From assembly GCA_033442325.1 (NCBI GenBank), contig JAWQFM010000018.1:698617-762616 (forward strand): a stretch of DNA of 64,000 nucleotides, in the 5' to 3' direction. Shown piece after piece: positions 23,915 to 49,235 of the stretch. This DNA comes from Salpingoeca rosetta (lineage: Eukaryota; Protista; Choanoflagellata). The position numbers were made by a program, and so were the translations under genes. The notes under the pieces were generated by a model that was not told the DNA's origin, did no database searches, and saw only the letters and a list, made by a program, of their open reading frames with translations. How positions within the stretch are numbered: the stretch's first letter is position 1; each line of letters begins with the position of its first letter.

Positions 23915-26705
23915 TCAGAGGTCCTGACGCGGAGTCGAAGGACGTGGCGACCGGCCCGAATGAGGACGGGCCCGTGGCTGGTAGCCTGGCAGAGGACGCT
24001 GGTCGAACAGCATCGTGCAGAACTGAGCCGTCTTGGGCCGAGGGAGGATCTTCGTGAGGAGATCTGCGATCATGTGCTCCGTGGCGAGGTAGCTCAGCAC
24101 AATCCTCTTGGTGTCGACGCACTCGCGGATGTAGTGGTACTTGACGAGGATGTGCCGCATGCGCGAGGCGGCGTGTTCGGCAACGCGCTGCGCCGGCTGG
24201 TTGTCCGTGTGGATGAGCGTGGGCTCGCACAGGACAGCGCCGGTGAGCTCCTCCTGGAGTTGGCGAAGGAACATGAGTTCCTGTGCGGTGGCTGCGAGAG
24301 CCATGTACTCCGCGTCGGCGGAGGCTGTGGCCACGGTGGCCTGCAGCTTGGAGTTCCAGGACACGGGGCCCGTGGAACAGAAGACGACGAAGCCCGTGCG
24401 GGAACGTCGCGTGTCAACGTCGGAGGCGAACGACGCATCCGAGTACGCTGAGAGCACGCCGTCGGCAGTGCTGCCGTTGCTGGTGTCGCCAGTGGCGGCG
24501 TACTTGATGGTGTAGGACAAGGTGCCCTTGATGTAGCGAAGAAGGTGCTTGGCAGCCTTCCAATGGTCCATGCCGAAGTGCTGCATACGGCGAGATAGGA
24601 TGGAGACAGCCGCCGAGATGTCTGGGCGCGTCATCGTCGCAGCATAGAGGAGGGAGCCAAGCAGCTCGCGGAACGGCACGTCCGGGAGTGGCTCCTCCTT
24701 GTCGGCTGGCTTGTCGACGTAGCCAGTGCAGAGCGGCGTGCCGACCGGCTTGCAGTCAGCCATGCCGAAGGTCTCCAGCACGCTGCGCAGGTAGTGCTCC
24801 TGGCTCATGGTGACGGTCCTGGCCTTGCGGTCGTGCTGCACCTTGATGCCGAGACATATGTCTGGGCTGCCCAGGTCCTTCATCTTGAAGCGCTTGGAGA
24901 TGGCCTTCTTGAACGCGGCCATGTCGCTGTCGCTGTCGGCGAAGATGAGCAGGTCGTCCACGTAGACGGCAACCCACATCACTTTGCCACCATTGCAGGT
25001 GCGGCGGTAGATGCAGGCGTCCGTGGCTGTAGCGACGAAGTCCTGCTCGCGCATCCAGGCGTCCAGCGTGTGGTTCCACAGGCGCGGGCTCTGCTTCAGC
25101 CCATACAGCCCGCGCTTGAGGCGCAGGACTGTACTCGGGGAGAAGATCCCGTCGACGGCCGGTGGCTGGACGTAGATCTCGTGATCCACGGGCGCGTTGA
25201 GGAACGCCGTGTTGACGTCCATCTGCTGGATGTCCATGCCACGCGCGACGGCCATGGCGAGCATGGTGCGGATGGCTGCGATGGTAGCCGTCGGGGCAAA
25301 GGTGTCTGTGTAGTTGACACCGTGGACCTGGGAGTAGCCCTTGGCAACCCAGCGCGCCTTGTACTTGATCACCTTGCCCTGGTCATCGCGCTTCCTCCGA
25401 AAGATGACCATGCTGCGGAGAAGCTTGTGGCCCTTGGGAAGGTCAGCGCGAGGCACGACGTCGTAGACGTCATTGGCCTGCATTGCCGCAAACTCGTCCA
25501 GGATGGCTTGGCGCCACTCCTCAGAGTCTGGCGAGGCAAGCGCCTCCTTGACGGTGCCTGGCTCAGCTGACGTGGCAAAACTGCCAGCAGCGATGTCTGG
25601 TAGATGACCACCCACTGCTGATGTCTTCTCCCCCGTACCAGCAGCGCTGGTGGCAACGTGACACGTGGTGGTTGAGCCACCAGAGGTGTCGTTGTCGCTG
25701 AGGGTCTCAGACACCAGCAGCTGGTCCCAGACGGAGCCGCCAAGGGCGCGTGGCTGGAGCTGCAGCTCCCCCGCACGTGGTGCAGTGGGAGCGCCGGTGG
25801 CACTGTCCTCGGTCGAACGCTGAGCGGTATTGTTGGCATGCGAAGCAGAGGCACCGCTGTTCTGCTCTTGCTGCTGCTGAGAGGAGGCGGCGTGCTTGTT
25901 CTTGATGGCGCCGAAGCGAGCGTGGATGGTGTGGACAACGCGTCGCGTGTCCGGCATCCAGACGACGTGGGCCTGGTCCTCCTCGGCGAAGCCGACGTAG
26001 ACGCCAACGCGTGAGCGTGGGTCAAGCTTGTGCCGCGTGCTGCTCTTCTCCACATGCACGTAGGCCGGCGAGCCGAAGACGCGCAACAGGCTGACGTCGA
26101 AGGCGTGCCCAGTCAGGGCCTCGAACGGTGACTTGTCCTTGAGGCTCCTGCGCGGCGCGATGTTGTGCAGCAGCGTGGCGTGCTGCACGGCGAAGCCCCA
26201 GAACGGCTTGTCCAGGTCCGCAGCAAACAGCATCGTACGCGCCGTCTCAAAGAGGGTGCGGAAAGTGCGCTCTGCGGATCCGTTCTTGGCCTGCGAGTGC
26301 GGTGGCGAGAAGCGCTGCTTGATGTCGAAGGCCAGGCACAGGTCGGTGAAGTCCTGGCTCTTGAAGACGGCGTCGCTGTCCGTCTGTAGCGTGGCGCCTC
26401 GGAGCGCGTTGACGACGTGGCGGTCCTTGCGCAGTTGCTCCAGGGCCGCACCGACGTCGTTCTTGTGCCGGATGAGGAACGTCCAGGCGAAGCGCGTGCA
26501 GTCGTCGATGAAGGTCAGCGCGTAGCGTGCACCTCGCAGCGACGTCTCCTCCAGCGGACCGGCGATGTCGGCGTAGAGCAGCTGGCATGGCCCAGCGCTG
26601 CGTGGAGCAGACTGCTTCGGGATGGAGGCGCGCGTGCTCTTGCCAAGCGCACATGGCCCACACGTGACGATTTGCTTGGAAGAGGCCTGGGCGATCTGCT
26701 GCCGG
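23915..26705 (-). CDS. Copia pol: integrase - reverse transcriptase - RNase H, 5'-truncated
   Basis: IN: CGPC, YADIAGP, TFIDDCTRF, LQTDSD, NGSAER, KLDPRS. RT: KARWVAKGYSQ, QMDVNTAFLN, LYGLKQSPRLW, YVDDLLI. RNase H: YSDASFA, AEYMA, TDNQPA, ADLLTK. Confidence 0.95.
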
Positions 26706-27973
26706 AGACAGCACACATTGCAGTCGTGACCACCCTCGACAGCACATTCTGTCTTCCAGTTGCCATCACGTACTCTCACCAGATGTCGGCGTGGGGTGAC
26801 TTTCACCGCATGATAAGCTCGTTCTTGGACGGCATACATCGCTGCCTTCGGTGCATCGACGCCAAGTTGGAATGCAAGCTTGATCCAGTGTCTGCCACTT
26901 GCACTGCATGTGACACAGCAGGAACCCGTTGCATTTTCTTCAACATCGTGGCAATCTCCACTGATTCAGAAGCAGGGCAGCGCCGAGCCCTTCAAGAGGG
27001 CTTTCCGGGCATCGCAAGCCTACTCGACGTTGGCCATGCCATCAAGTGTCTCCGGAATGCACTCGTCAACGCCTTCATCCGCCTCAGAGGGTTTCCAGTG
27101 AGCACTCGTATGCTAATCGGGCTGCTTCCACTTTCGACAGTGGTTCCCGCAGACAGAATGGCACACCTGCATGTGCGGCGCTTGCTTGATGCTGCCGAAG
27201 ACCTGCCCTCAGGAAGCACCGTCGTCACACTGCACCCTGATCCGTTGTTAAACCAGAGCTGGTCATGCGGCATCATTGTGGCTCTGTGCTCGTGGGTGGA
27301 TGCAGACTTCTTTGTTGATGACAATGGCCAGTTCTTTCGTGCACGGCGCATCTCGCGGCAGCCAGAACTCCTCTTCAAGTTTCAGCCTGGCCAGACCACC
27401 ATCTCCAGAGCTGCTACTTATATATTTGTCATCGTTGATGGGCGAATCCATACTTTCGATGCCCGCTCTTCACGCTTCGTGCAAGTACACCTACATGCAG
27501 AAGAGGCCGGAGTTGTTGTTGCAAGTTCATGGTGGTGGTGCTGTTGTTGGAGACTTGTGTGTGTGTGTGTGTGTGTGTGCTGTGTGTGCTGTGTGTGCAG
27601 AGTGTGCTGTGTGTTGTGTGGGAGATTGTCTTGGCAAGAGAGAGTTGTGTGTGTTTACTTGAGTTGTGAAGCAAACAAGGATGTAGGATGAATGAACACT
27701 CCAACAGAAAGAAACAGAGCAGAAGACAAGAATTGTCGACAACGCAAAGTGGTGACGTGGCAGTGTTTGTTGAGAGTTGTGTGGTTATGTGGAGTGTTAT
27801 GCAAGAGCATGCAACATCGAGCAACCACAGCACAAGCTAAACACTGCACGTGCAACAGGTTGGAGGGAAATCACGTGAACATTCCAGAACACAAGAGAGG
27901 TGAGTGCAAATTTGTGGTGTCGTGAAGAAGGGAGATCAATGATGACTCAGCAGACAGGACTTGCCTGTCAACA
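26706..27973 (+). repeat. 1268-bp direct duplication of 22425-23692 (811 bp of transposase plus LTR)
   Basis: Constant offset of 4281 bp. Only three differences seen: 22733A/27014G, 23512T/27793A, 23654G/27935A. Confidence 0.93.
27517..27973 (-). repeat. Second LTR (457 bp), flanked by GTTGT on both sides like a solo LTR
   Basis: GTTGT at 27512-27516 and 27974-27978. No TGG-type PBS next to it. Confidence 0.92.
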
Positions 27974-27976
27974 GTT

Positions 27977-29644
27977 GTGCCCCATCGACTGGTGTTTTCA
28001 TCCGCAGATTTCCACGACTGCTGTCTTGTGTCACGATGTGGCGCTATACTGACGGGGTCATTCAAACCAGACAAGCGACAGCTCATGTTCAGAGCAAAGA
28101 TGAGGCTCGAGGGCATTGGCACGTGTCACGATGCTGCGATCATTGGTGGGCAACAGGTGGTGGCTGCCACTGCAACTGGCGTCTTCAAGTGCAATGGTAA
28201 CAATGCTCCAGTTGCTGTCAAAGGGCTGTCCGGAATCAAAGTACTTCGCGTTGTGACCAATGAGGCGGGACGGTTGGCGATCTGCACTGCGCGGCTCGTC
28301 CTGCTTGAGGACACAAGTGATGGCCATTCAATTTGGCAACCACAGGACCTTGAGACGGAGGACCATGTGACGGACATGGCCGCTGACGGCAATGCACTCA
28401 TATTTTCTCATGGTCGCAGGGTGTCGTTGGTCACACGTTTCGATCCCTTGAAGGAATACCTGGTGAAGATTCGCCGCGTGTTCGATGCCGGAGGCTATGG
28501 TGGCTACGTTGGTGATCTAGCTGATTTTCGAACCGCTTCCATGGAATTGAAGAGCTATCTCAATGAGATGCGACAGCAGCAAGTCAATGCCATTAGCTTC
28601 CTGCCCCCAGGGTCTCTCCACGGCCCGCAAGGATGCATTAGCGCAACGACCCTAAAAACAATTGCTATATTGTGCACCGGATTAGATCAATTGCATGACC
28701 GCGGCATCACCAGCACGGCACGTGCCCTTCAAGAGGATCCGTGTGAGAGTTTCTTCTCTCTGCTGGTATCCGGCACAACGACAGCACCCACACACAAGGA
28801 GCTTGCCTTCAGGTTCCCCGTTGTTGTCAAGAACGCACTCGTGCGAGCAGCACAAGGGTCTCCAGTGTTTGATTTTGACAAGACTCGGACAGAGAGATCC
28901 TACAGTGGCCTGGAGTTTGTTGGACGTGCCCAGCCAACCTTCAGGCCATTGTTTCAAACGCGGCACAATCGAGATCGTACCCATGTGGATGATTGCGATG
29001 ACCTGCGACAATTCATGTCATCGTTTCTCGCCAACCTGAGCTGTCGACGGTCATCGCGCGTGAGGGCAACTGGCAAAGCACTTCTTGGGCAGAAGCCGCG
29101 CATCGCGTTCCTGACACTGCGCCAAGATGAGCTGCCATCAGACCGACCACTTCAGCCGACGTGCAAGCGACCGAAGACGGGCAGTAAAGGACACACACAA
29201 AGGGTCGCTTCCATCACGTTCCCCAAAAACGCCTTTGTGGGTGTCCTCCGGCAAGCGTCGACTCAAGGAGGTGCACAAGAGCTGTGGATTGCGAAGATGG
29301 TAGAAGACGTGTACGGCGAGCCGAAGGATTGTGCAATTCAGTGGCTAGAACAGAGCAACGAGAAGAATGGTACACATACGCTGCAGAAGGAAGTGGTGCG
29401 ATGCCCTTTCGGCTCATGCATCGCAGACATCTCGCGATTCGTCGACGTCAAGCGACACGGGGTGATTAACATCGACGACACTGTTTATGCTGTGCTGAAG
29501 GAGGAAGTTGGGCAGTTGGAGCAAGAACGCGACAACGACAAGCTTGCCCGTGCCAGAGATGGTGACGACGACGATGACAATCCCTATGCAAAACCTTACT
29601 CAACAGGATCAGAGGAACGGCGTCGACGACATCGACGACGGTAA
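27977..29644 (+). CDS. P-element-like transposase, 3' part
   Basis: Joins in frame to the 5' part (..HAEEAGV|VPHRLVF..) when 23236-27978 is removed. Contains LQEDPCESFFSLL, resembling P-transposase xQDxLExFF (catalytic E). Confidence 0.85.
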   Translation: MPHRLVFSSADFHDCCLVSRCGAILTGSFKPDKRQLMFRAKMRLEGIGTCHDAAIIGGQQVVAATATGVFKCNGNNAPVAVKGLSGIKVLRVVTNEAGRLAICTARLVLLEDTSDGHSIWQPQDLETEDHVTDMAADGNALIFSHGRRVSLVTRFDPLKEYLVKIRRVFDAGGYGGYVGDLADFRTASMELKSYLNEMRQQQVNAISFLPPGSLHGPQGCISATTLKTIAILCTGLDQLHDRGITSTARALQEDPCESFFSLLVSGTTTAPTHKELAFRFPVVVKNALVRAAQGSPVFDFDKTRTERSYSGLEFVGRAQPTFRPLFQTRHNRDRTHVDDCDDLRQFMSSFLANLSCRRSSRVRATGKALLGQKPRIAFLTLRQDELPSDRPLQPTCKRPKTGSKGHTQRVASITFPKNAFVGVLRQASTQGGAQELWIAKMVEDVYGEPKDCAIQWLEQSNEKNGTHTLQKEVVRCPFGSCIADISRFVDVKRHGVINIDDTVYAVLKEEVGQLEQERDNDKLARARDGDDDDDNPYAKPYSTGSEERRRRHRRR

Positions 29645-29936
29645 CTTCATTCAAGCAAGGTATGGATTGTACTCTAGTACTCTGTTTAGTTAAGTGGTTA
29701 GTCGGTTCTTTCAATTCTGTGCTGAGTTGTAGCTGTTGGGCGAACGCATTCGTTGTTCTGCTACATGTGACTTGAGGACTTGGACTGGTTCTCTTCTGAG
29801 CGCGTGTTGGGACGTCTGTATTACACGGTGGAGTTACCGAAACCAAGGGAAACGACGCAAAGCACATCACAAACGCCAGCTCGCGGGCCCAGATGACCCG
29901 ACCCGCGAGGCCAAAATTGGTCATGGTCAAGGTGGA

Positions 29937-29966
29937 AAAAATTCGCGGGTCAGTGTCGCCCCCCAG
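29937..29966 (-). repeat. Right terminal inverted repeat (30 bp)
   Basis: AAAAATTCGCGGGTCAGTGTCGCCCCCCAG followed by TSD AAGATG. Confidence 0.95.
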
Positions 29967-30433
29967 AAGATGGGGTAGGCAATTGCAGCAAACAAAGTTT
30001 TTTTTTTGTGTTAGATGCTTATTTGGACGTGTGGGTGTGGCACTTTGTGGGCGACTTTCCAGTTGTGGCAACTGACACCCACGCCCCCGCAACTCACTCA
30101 GTAACTTAGCACTCACATCAACAGACCAACACACGCAAAGCACGACACACACACACACACACACACACTCACTTGTTCATTTTCCCATCGACGCGACAGG
30201 AGCTCAACAGAAGGAGAAGAGGGAGAAGGAGAAGAGGGAGGAGTAGGAGGTGCTTGTGTGCTTGTTGTCACAGGATCTCTCTCCTTCTCAAACTCACACT
30301 CAACTGTCCCCCCACCCCCTTGTCTTGGTCCCTTTCTCTCTTTTCTCTTGCAGGTCCAGCGATCATTCCTCCTTACATGTGCTCTAGTGCTCTTGTTTAC
30401 TGAGTTTCTAGTGTTTACTTGTCTGCTCTCTCT

Positions 30434-30471
<38 letters not shown>

Positions 30472-30957
30472 CGCCTTTGGTGGCAGTCTTGGCAGTCAGC
30501 CTCGTGGCAGTCAGCCCTCTGGGCATCTGCCTCGTCGGCGGTCTTGCTTTGCTGTCACCGACCCTCGTCAAAGCAGAGCAATCTCTTTGGCGGTGGTCAG
30601 CAGGGTTCCCGACGTGGTAGCCTCAGGGTTGCTGCAGACACCGCTTGTCCAGCACATCCATGCAGCGCGCGTAAGCACTTGTGGCCTTCCCCTCCGTTTC
30701 GAGGGTTTGACGGCCCAAGGCTGCGTGCTGAACAAGTGGGCCGGCGGTTGTGAGCACTTGTCTACTTGTGACACAGTGCAAGCACCGCTGCTGGGAACTT
30801 CTGTGGTGAGTCATGTCAACAATCGCAAATCATCGCTGCTGGCTTGCTGGCTTGCTTGCTTGCTGGCTTGCGTCCGCCGTTTTGCCACCGTGCCCACAAA
30901 ATTTCGTGCACTCACAGTTGTTGCTTGCGTTGCAAATTGCACGCCCACGCTGATCCC

Positions 30958-38780
<7,823 letters not shown>

Positions 38781-39235
38781 GTCCCCACGCATGTTGTTAT
38801 CTGTGGTGTGTTGCTCCTGGTGCTGTTGCTTGTGACAACGTATGATAAGGAGCACACACGTGCTTTCGTTCTGTTTGCACAGACTTGCTTTCCCACCACC
38901 ATCTAACGGAAGAAGAGACGAGAAGCGAAGCGGCGAGAAGTGAAGGCCTGAAGGCCAAAGAGTCCCCCGAATAGTAAACGTGAATGAACAGAGTTTCACC
39001 TTCTTCTTTGAGCCGAGGCGAGGGTGTTGCTTATGTGCCTGTAAGCGAGCGAGCATGACACGTGCGTGCTCCAGCAGCGAGCCAATTGACATGAAACACT
39101 CACAACCTCAGAGCAGTGAGAGCAGCCAGCTTCGTTGGCAAACAACAGGCAATGTGTGATTGTAGGACCGTCCGTCCGCCACATAATTTTTGAATTGCGC
39201 GCGGGCCAATCACGCGCACACAAACAGACACAGAT

Positions 39236-41130
<1,895 letters not shown>

Positions 41131-41607
41131 TCACACCACCATCACAATTCACACTCGCACCTCTTGACAAAACGCACGCTTCCAAGCTAGATCGTACAAT
41201 CACACACGCGCACGCGCGCGCGCTCTCTTTTCTCTCTCTCTCTCAAACACACACTGAGCCCTTGTAACCGAATGATGATAAATGCAATCGATATCGTTTA
41301 GTGTTATCTGATCCATTAAAGCACCTCACGCACACACACACCTGAGCACAGCCCGCACAGCGAAAGCAATCAGCACTGGCGTGCGTGGCACAAAACAACC
41401 ATAACCAAGGAGGCGGGTGTCAATTAAAAGCACAAGGGCGAGTCACCGTGAAGTGGTGAACACGGTGGGGGACAATAGTGGGCGTCGTGTGGGTAGAGTA
41501 TGCAACACGGCATGACAAAAAAGCGCGCAACAAGCGCACGGCTGGCGGTAACGGTCAAAGCGGACAGTGGTTTGGTGGACAATCCATATGGGTAGGGGGT
41601 AGGCGAG

Positions 41608-42589
41608 CTAGAAGAAGAACGATTCGCCGCAGCCACAGGTGCCTTTCGCTTGCGGGTTCTCAAACACAAATCCTTCGGCCTCATCGCCTTCGCTAAAGTC
41701 CATCGTCGAGTGCTGCAGGGCAGTTGAGTGAAAGGCAAAGAGATGAACGGATATAGGTGGATGTAGGTTGAATAAGTGAGTGCAGTCAGGGTGTCGTTGG
41801 TTGGAGGAAGGCGCAAAGGGTATGAGGAGCCACGTACACAGCAGCTGCAGTCGCGCGCACATGCACATGCACACACACGCACACGTACATGCGTGCTTAC
41901 CAAGACACGGAGGATGGCACCAGAGTCCACAATGACCTTGACACCGTGTTGCTCGATGACCTCGTCAAACTTCTTCGCGTCCTTGTCGTATGCGTAGTCC
42001 AGGTGGAATGAGTTGCCTGTGCATCCTCTGTCACGTACGCTCACACGAAGGCCGACCTAACAACAACACAACAAAGAACGCATTGAAGTAGGTGAGCCAA
42101 AGAAGGGCTGTGGGATGTCCACAGAAACTGGGTGCTCTCGCACACACACACAGACATACACAGGCAAGCACACATACACAGAGACAGAGACAGGCAAGCA
42201 CACATGCACAGAGACAGACAAGCACACATGCACAGACAGACAAGCACATGCACACACACACACGCATAGAAGCATACAAGCGCATGCCGCCTTACCGCAT
42301 CTGGTTTGTCTTTCAAGAGGGTCTTGATTCTGTCTGCAGCGGCCGGGGTCTTGTGGGTGTGGCAACAAGGCAGCGAGTGGAGAGAAACACGGATGAGAGA
42401 CGGGTGAGCGCAGGATATGAGAGCATGGACCCAAAAGAGCAGGCACATCCGCAAGTCACATGACACCACAATTGTTCACCCGCTCACCACTTGAAGCACG
42501 GCTTTTGGCGCGCGGGCCTTTGATGGCTTGGTGACGGCACGCAACGGGATGGCAGACATATGCCTCAATGCCCTGTACACCTGGGACAT
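41608..42589 (-). CDS. ISCA1: Mitochondrial A-type iron-sulfur cluster assembly protein (4 exons)
   Basis: Basic presequence MSQVYRALRHM, then TPAAADRIK, RGCTGNSFHLDY, GVKVIVDSGA, FVFENPQAKGTCGCGESF. Confidence 0.9.
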
Positions 42590-43755
42590 CTTGGCGCTGC
42601 GAGTGGCTCGAGGAAGCTCAAACGAAACAAGCACGAGGAACGGTGGTAGGCGGGCAACAGCCAGGGGTCGCAAAAACCAAACAGCAAGGAGTGCCTGCTA
42701 ATTGGGATGGGTCGGTGGTGGCAGTCGTCGTGAGAAGGTGCGGTGCAAGAGAGAACAAGCAAAACACGCACCGTCGCAGAGGGTGAAGAAGAGGAGGAAT
42801 AGTGGGAGGAATAGTGGGAGGAGGAGCTTGCCAACAAGGGAGACGTTGATGAGGGCGATAAGAGATGGGAAAGGATGTTGAGAGGAAAGAAGGAAAGGGG
42901 GTGTCGCACAGAATACTATGGCAACGACAACGGGAAAGAAGAAAGTGTCGTGCCGACTTTCGCCATGCGCACGAGGCGGCGACTCGAGTGGCCCCAAGCG
43001 AGTGCCCAGACAAAACGCCTGGGCGAGTGCAAGGCCGCCGCCGCCAAGTGTAAATATGCCACGATTGTAACACGCAGATAAAACGGGGTCAAAGAGAAAG
43101 CGAAGCACTCAAGAGAAGAGGAAGGAAGGAAGGCAACAAACAAACACCGCATGGCGGGTTGCTGTTGTCTTCCTGTTCCTCTCCGCTGTGTTGTGCTTCA
43201 TCTAGCTGCACTGACTAAACCGTGGGCTGACAACGAAAGGAGGAAACCAAGTGAAGAAAGCGAAACAACAAGAGAGAAGAGAGAGGGGGGAGCGACGAAT
43301 AGAGAGGGATGGAACTCAAGCCATGAGGAGAGAGAGGAACCAGCTGTAGCGCTGCACGCACGTTGCCGCTCACCTCTGGTTGTTGATGGACGGATGGTAT
43401 CTGAGGTTGGCGTGCAAGGATGGGGAAATGGCAAACGTTGTTGATTTTTTCGCTGCCACGCACGCAGGCGCACACTGTTGCTTCTTGCGTAGTTGCACGT
43501 TTGCATTCGTGTAGACGATGTTTTGCACACAACTTCCACGGAATTTCTCTCGCCAATTATTCGTGTTAGTCTTGTTTTCTGTGCTGAATTTACGCACACT
43601 TTGTGCTGTCGTGACCTGTGCATCGTCGCGGACGCTGCTCTCTGCAACTGCCCGGCCGTGCCGTGCTCTGTGCCCGACCTTCCTTGCACTCACTCGACTG
43701 CTGTTAGCAAGCCACATCCCTCCCACCCACACTCGACACAAAAACAACAACAATA

Positions 43756-49235
<5,480 letters not shown>

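Larger units (their letters stand above)
23236..27973 (-). mobile_element. Ty1/copia LTR retrotransposon, rearranged (gag, protease and PBS missing)
   Basis: Two 457-bp LTRs TGTTG...CAACA. GTTGT TSD at 23231-23235 and 27974-27978. PPT adjacent to the 3' LTR. IN-RT-RNaseH domain order is typical of copia. Confidence 0.93.
19747..29966 (+). mobile_element. Class II DNA transposon with P-like DDE transposase and two ORFs, carrying a nested copia insertion; 5477 bp after removing 23236-27978
   Basis: Perfect 30-bp TIRs CTGGGGGGCGACACTGACCCGCGAATTTTT at 19747-19776 and its reverse complement at 29937-29966. Direct repeat AAGATG flanks both ends (19741-19746, 29967-29972). The interior is intronless and lacks host-type microsatellites except in the LTRs. 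Confidence 0.93.

Noticed and set aside
26417-27691. 424-aa plus-strand ORF as an independent gene
   Set aside because: It is antisense pol fused to the duplicated transposase fragment and LTR.
19747-29966. Fanzor/TnpB or other RNA-guided nuclease cargo
   Set aside because: No RuvC-I/II/III plus Zn-finger TnpB pattern was recognised in ORF1 or the transposase, and no evident guide-RNA region.
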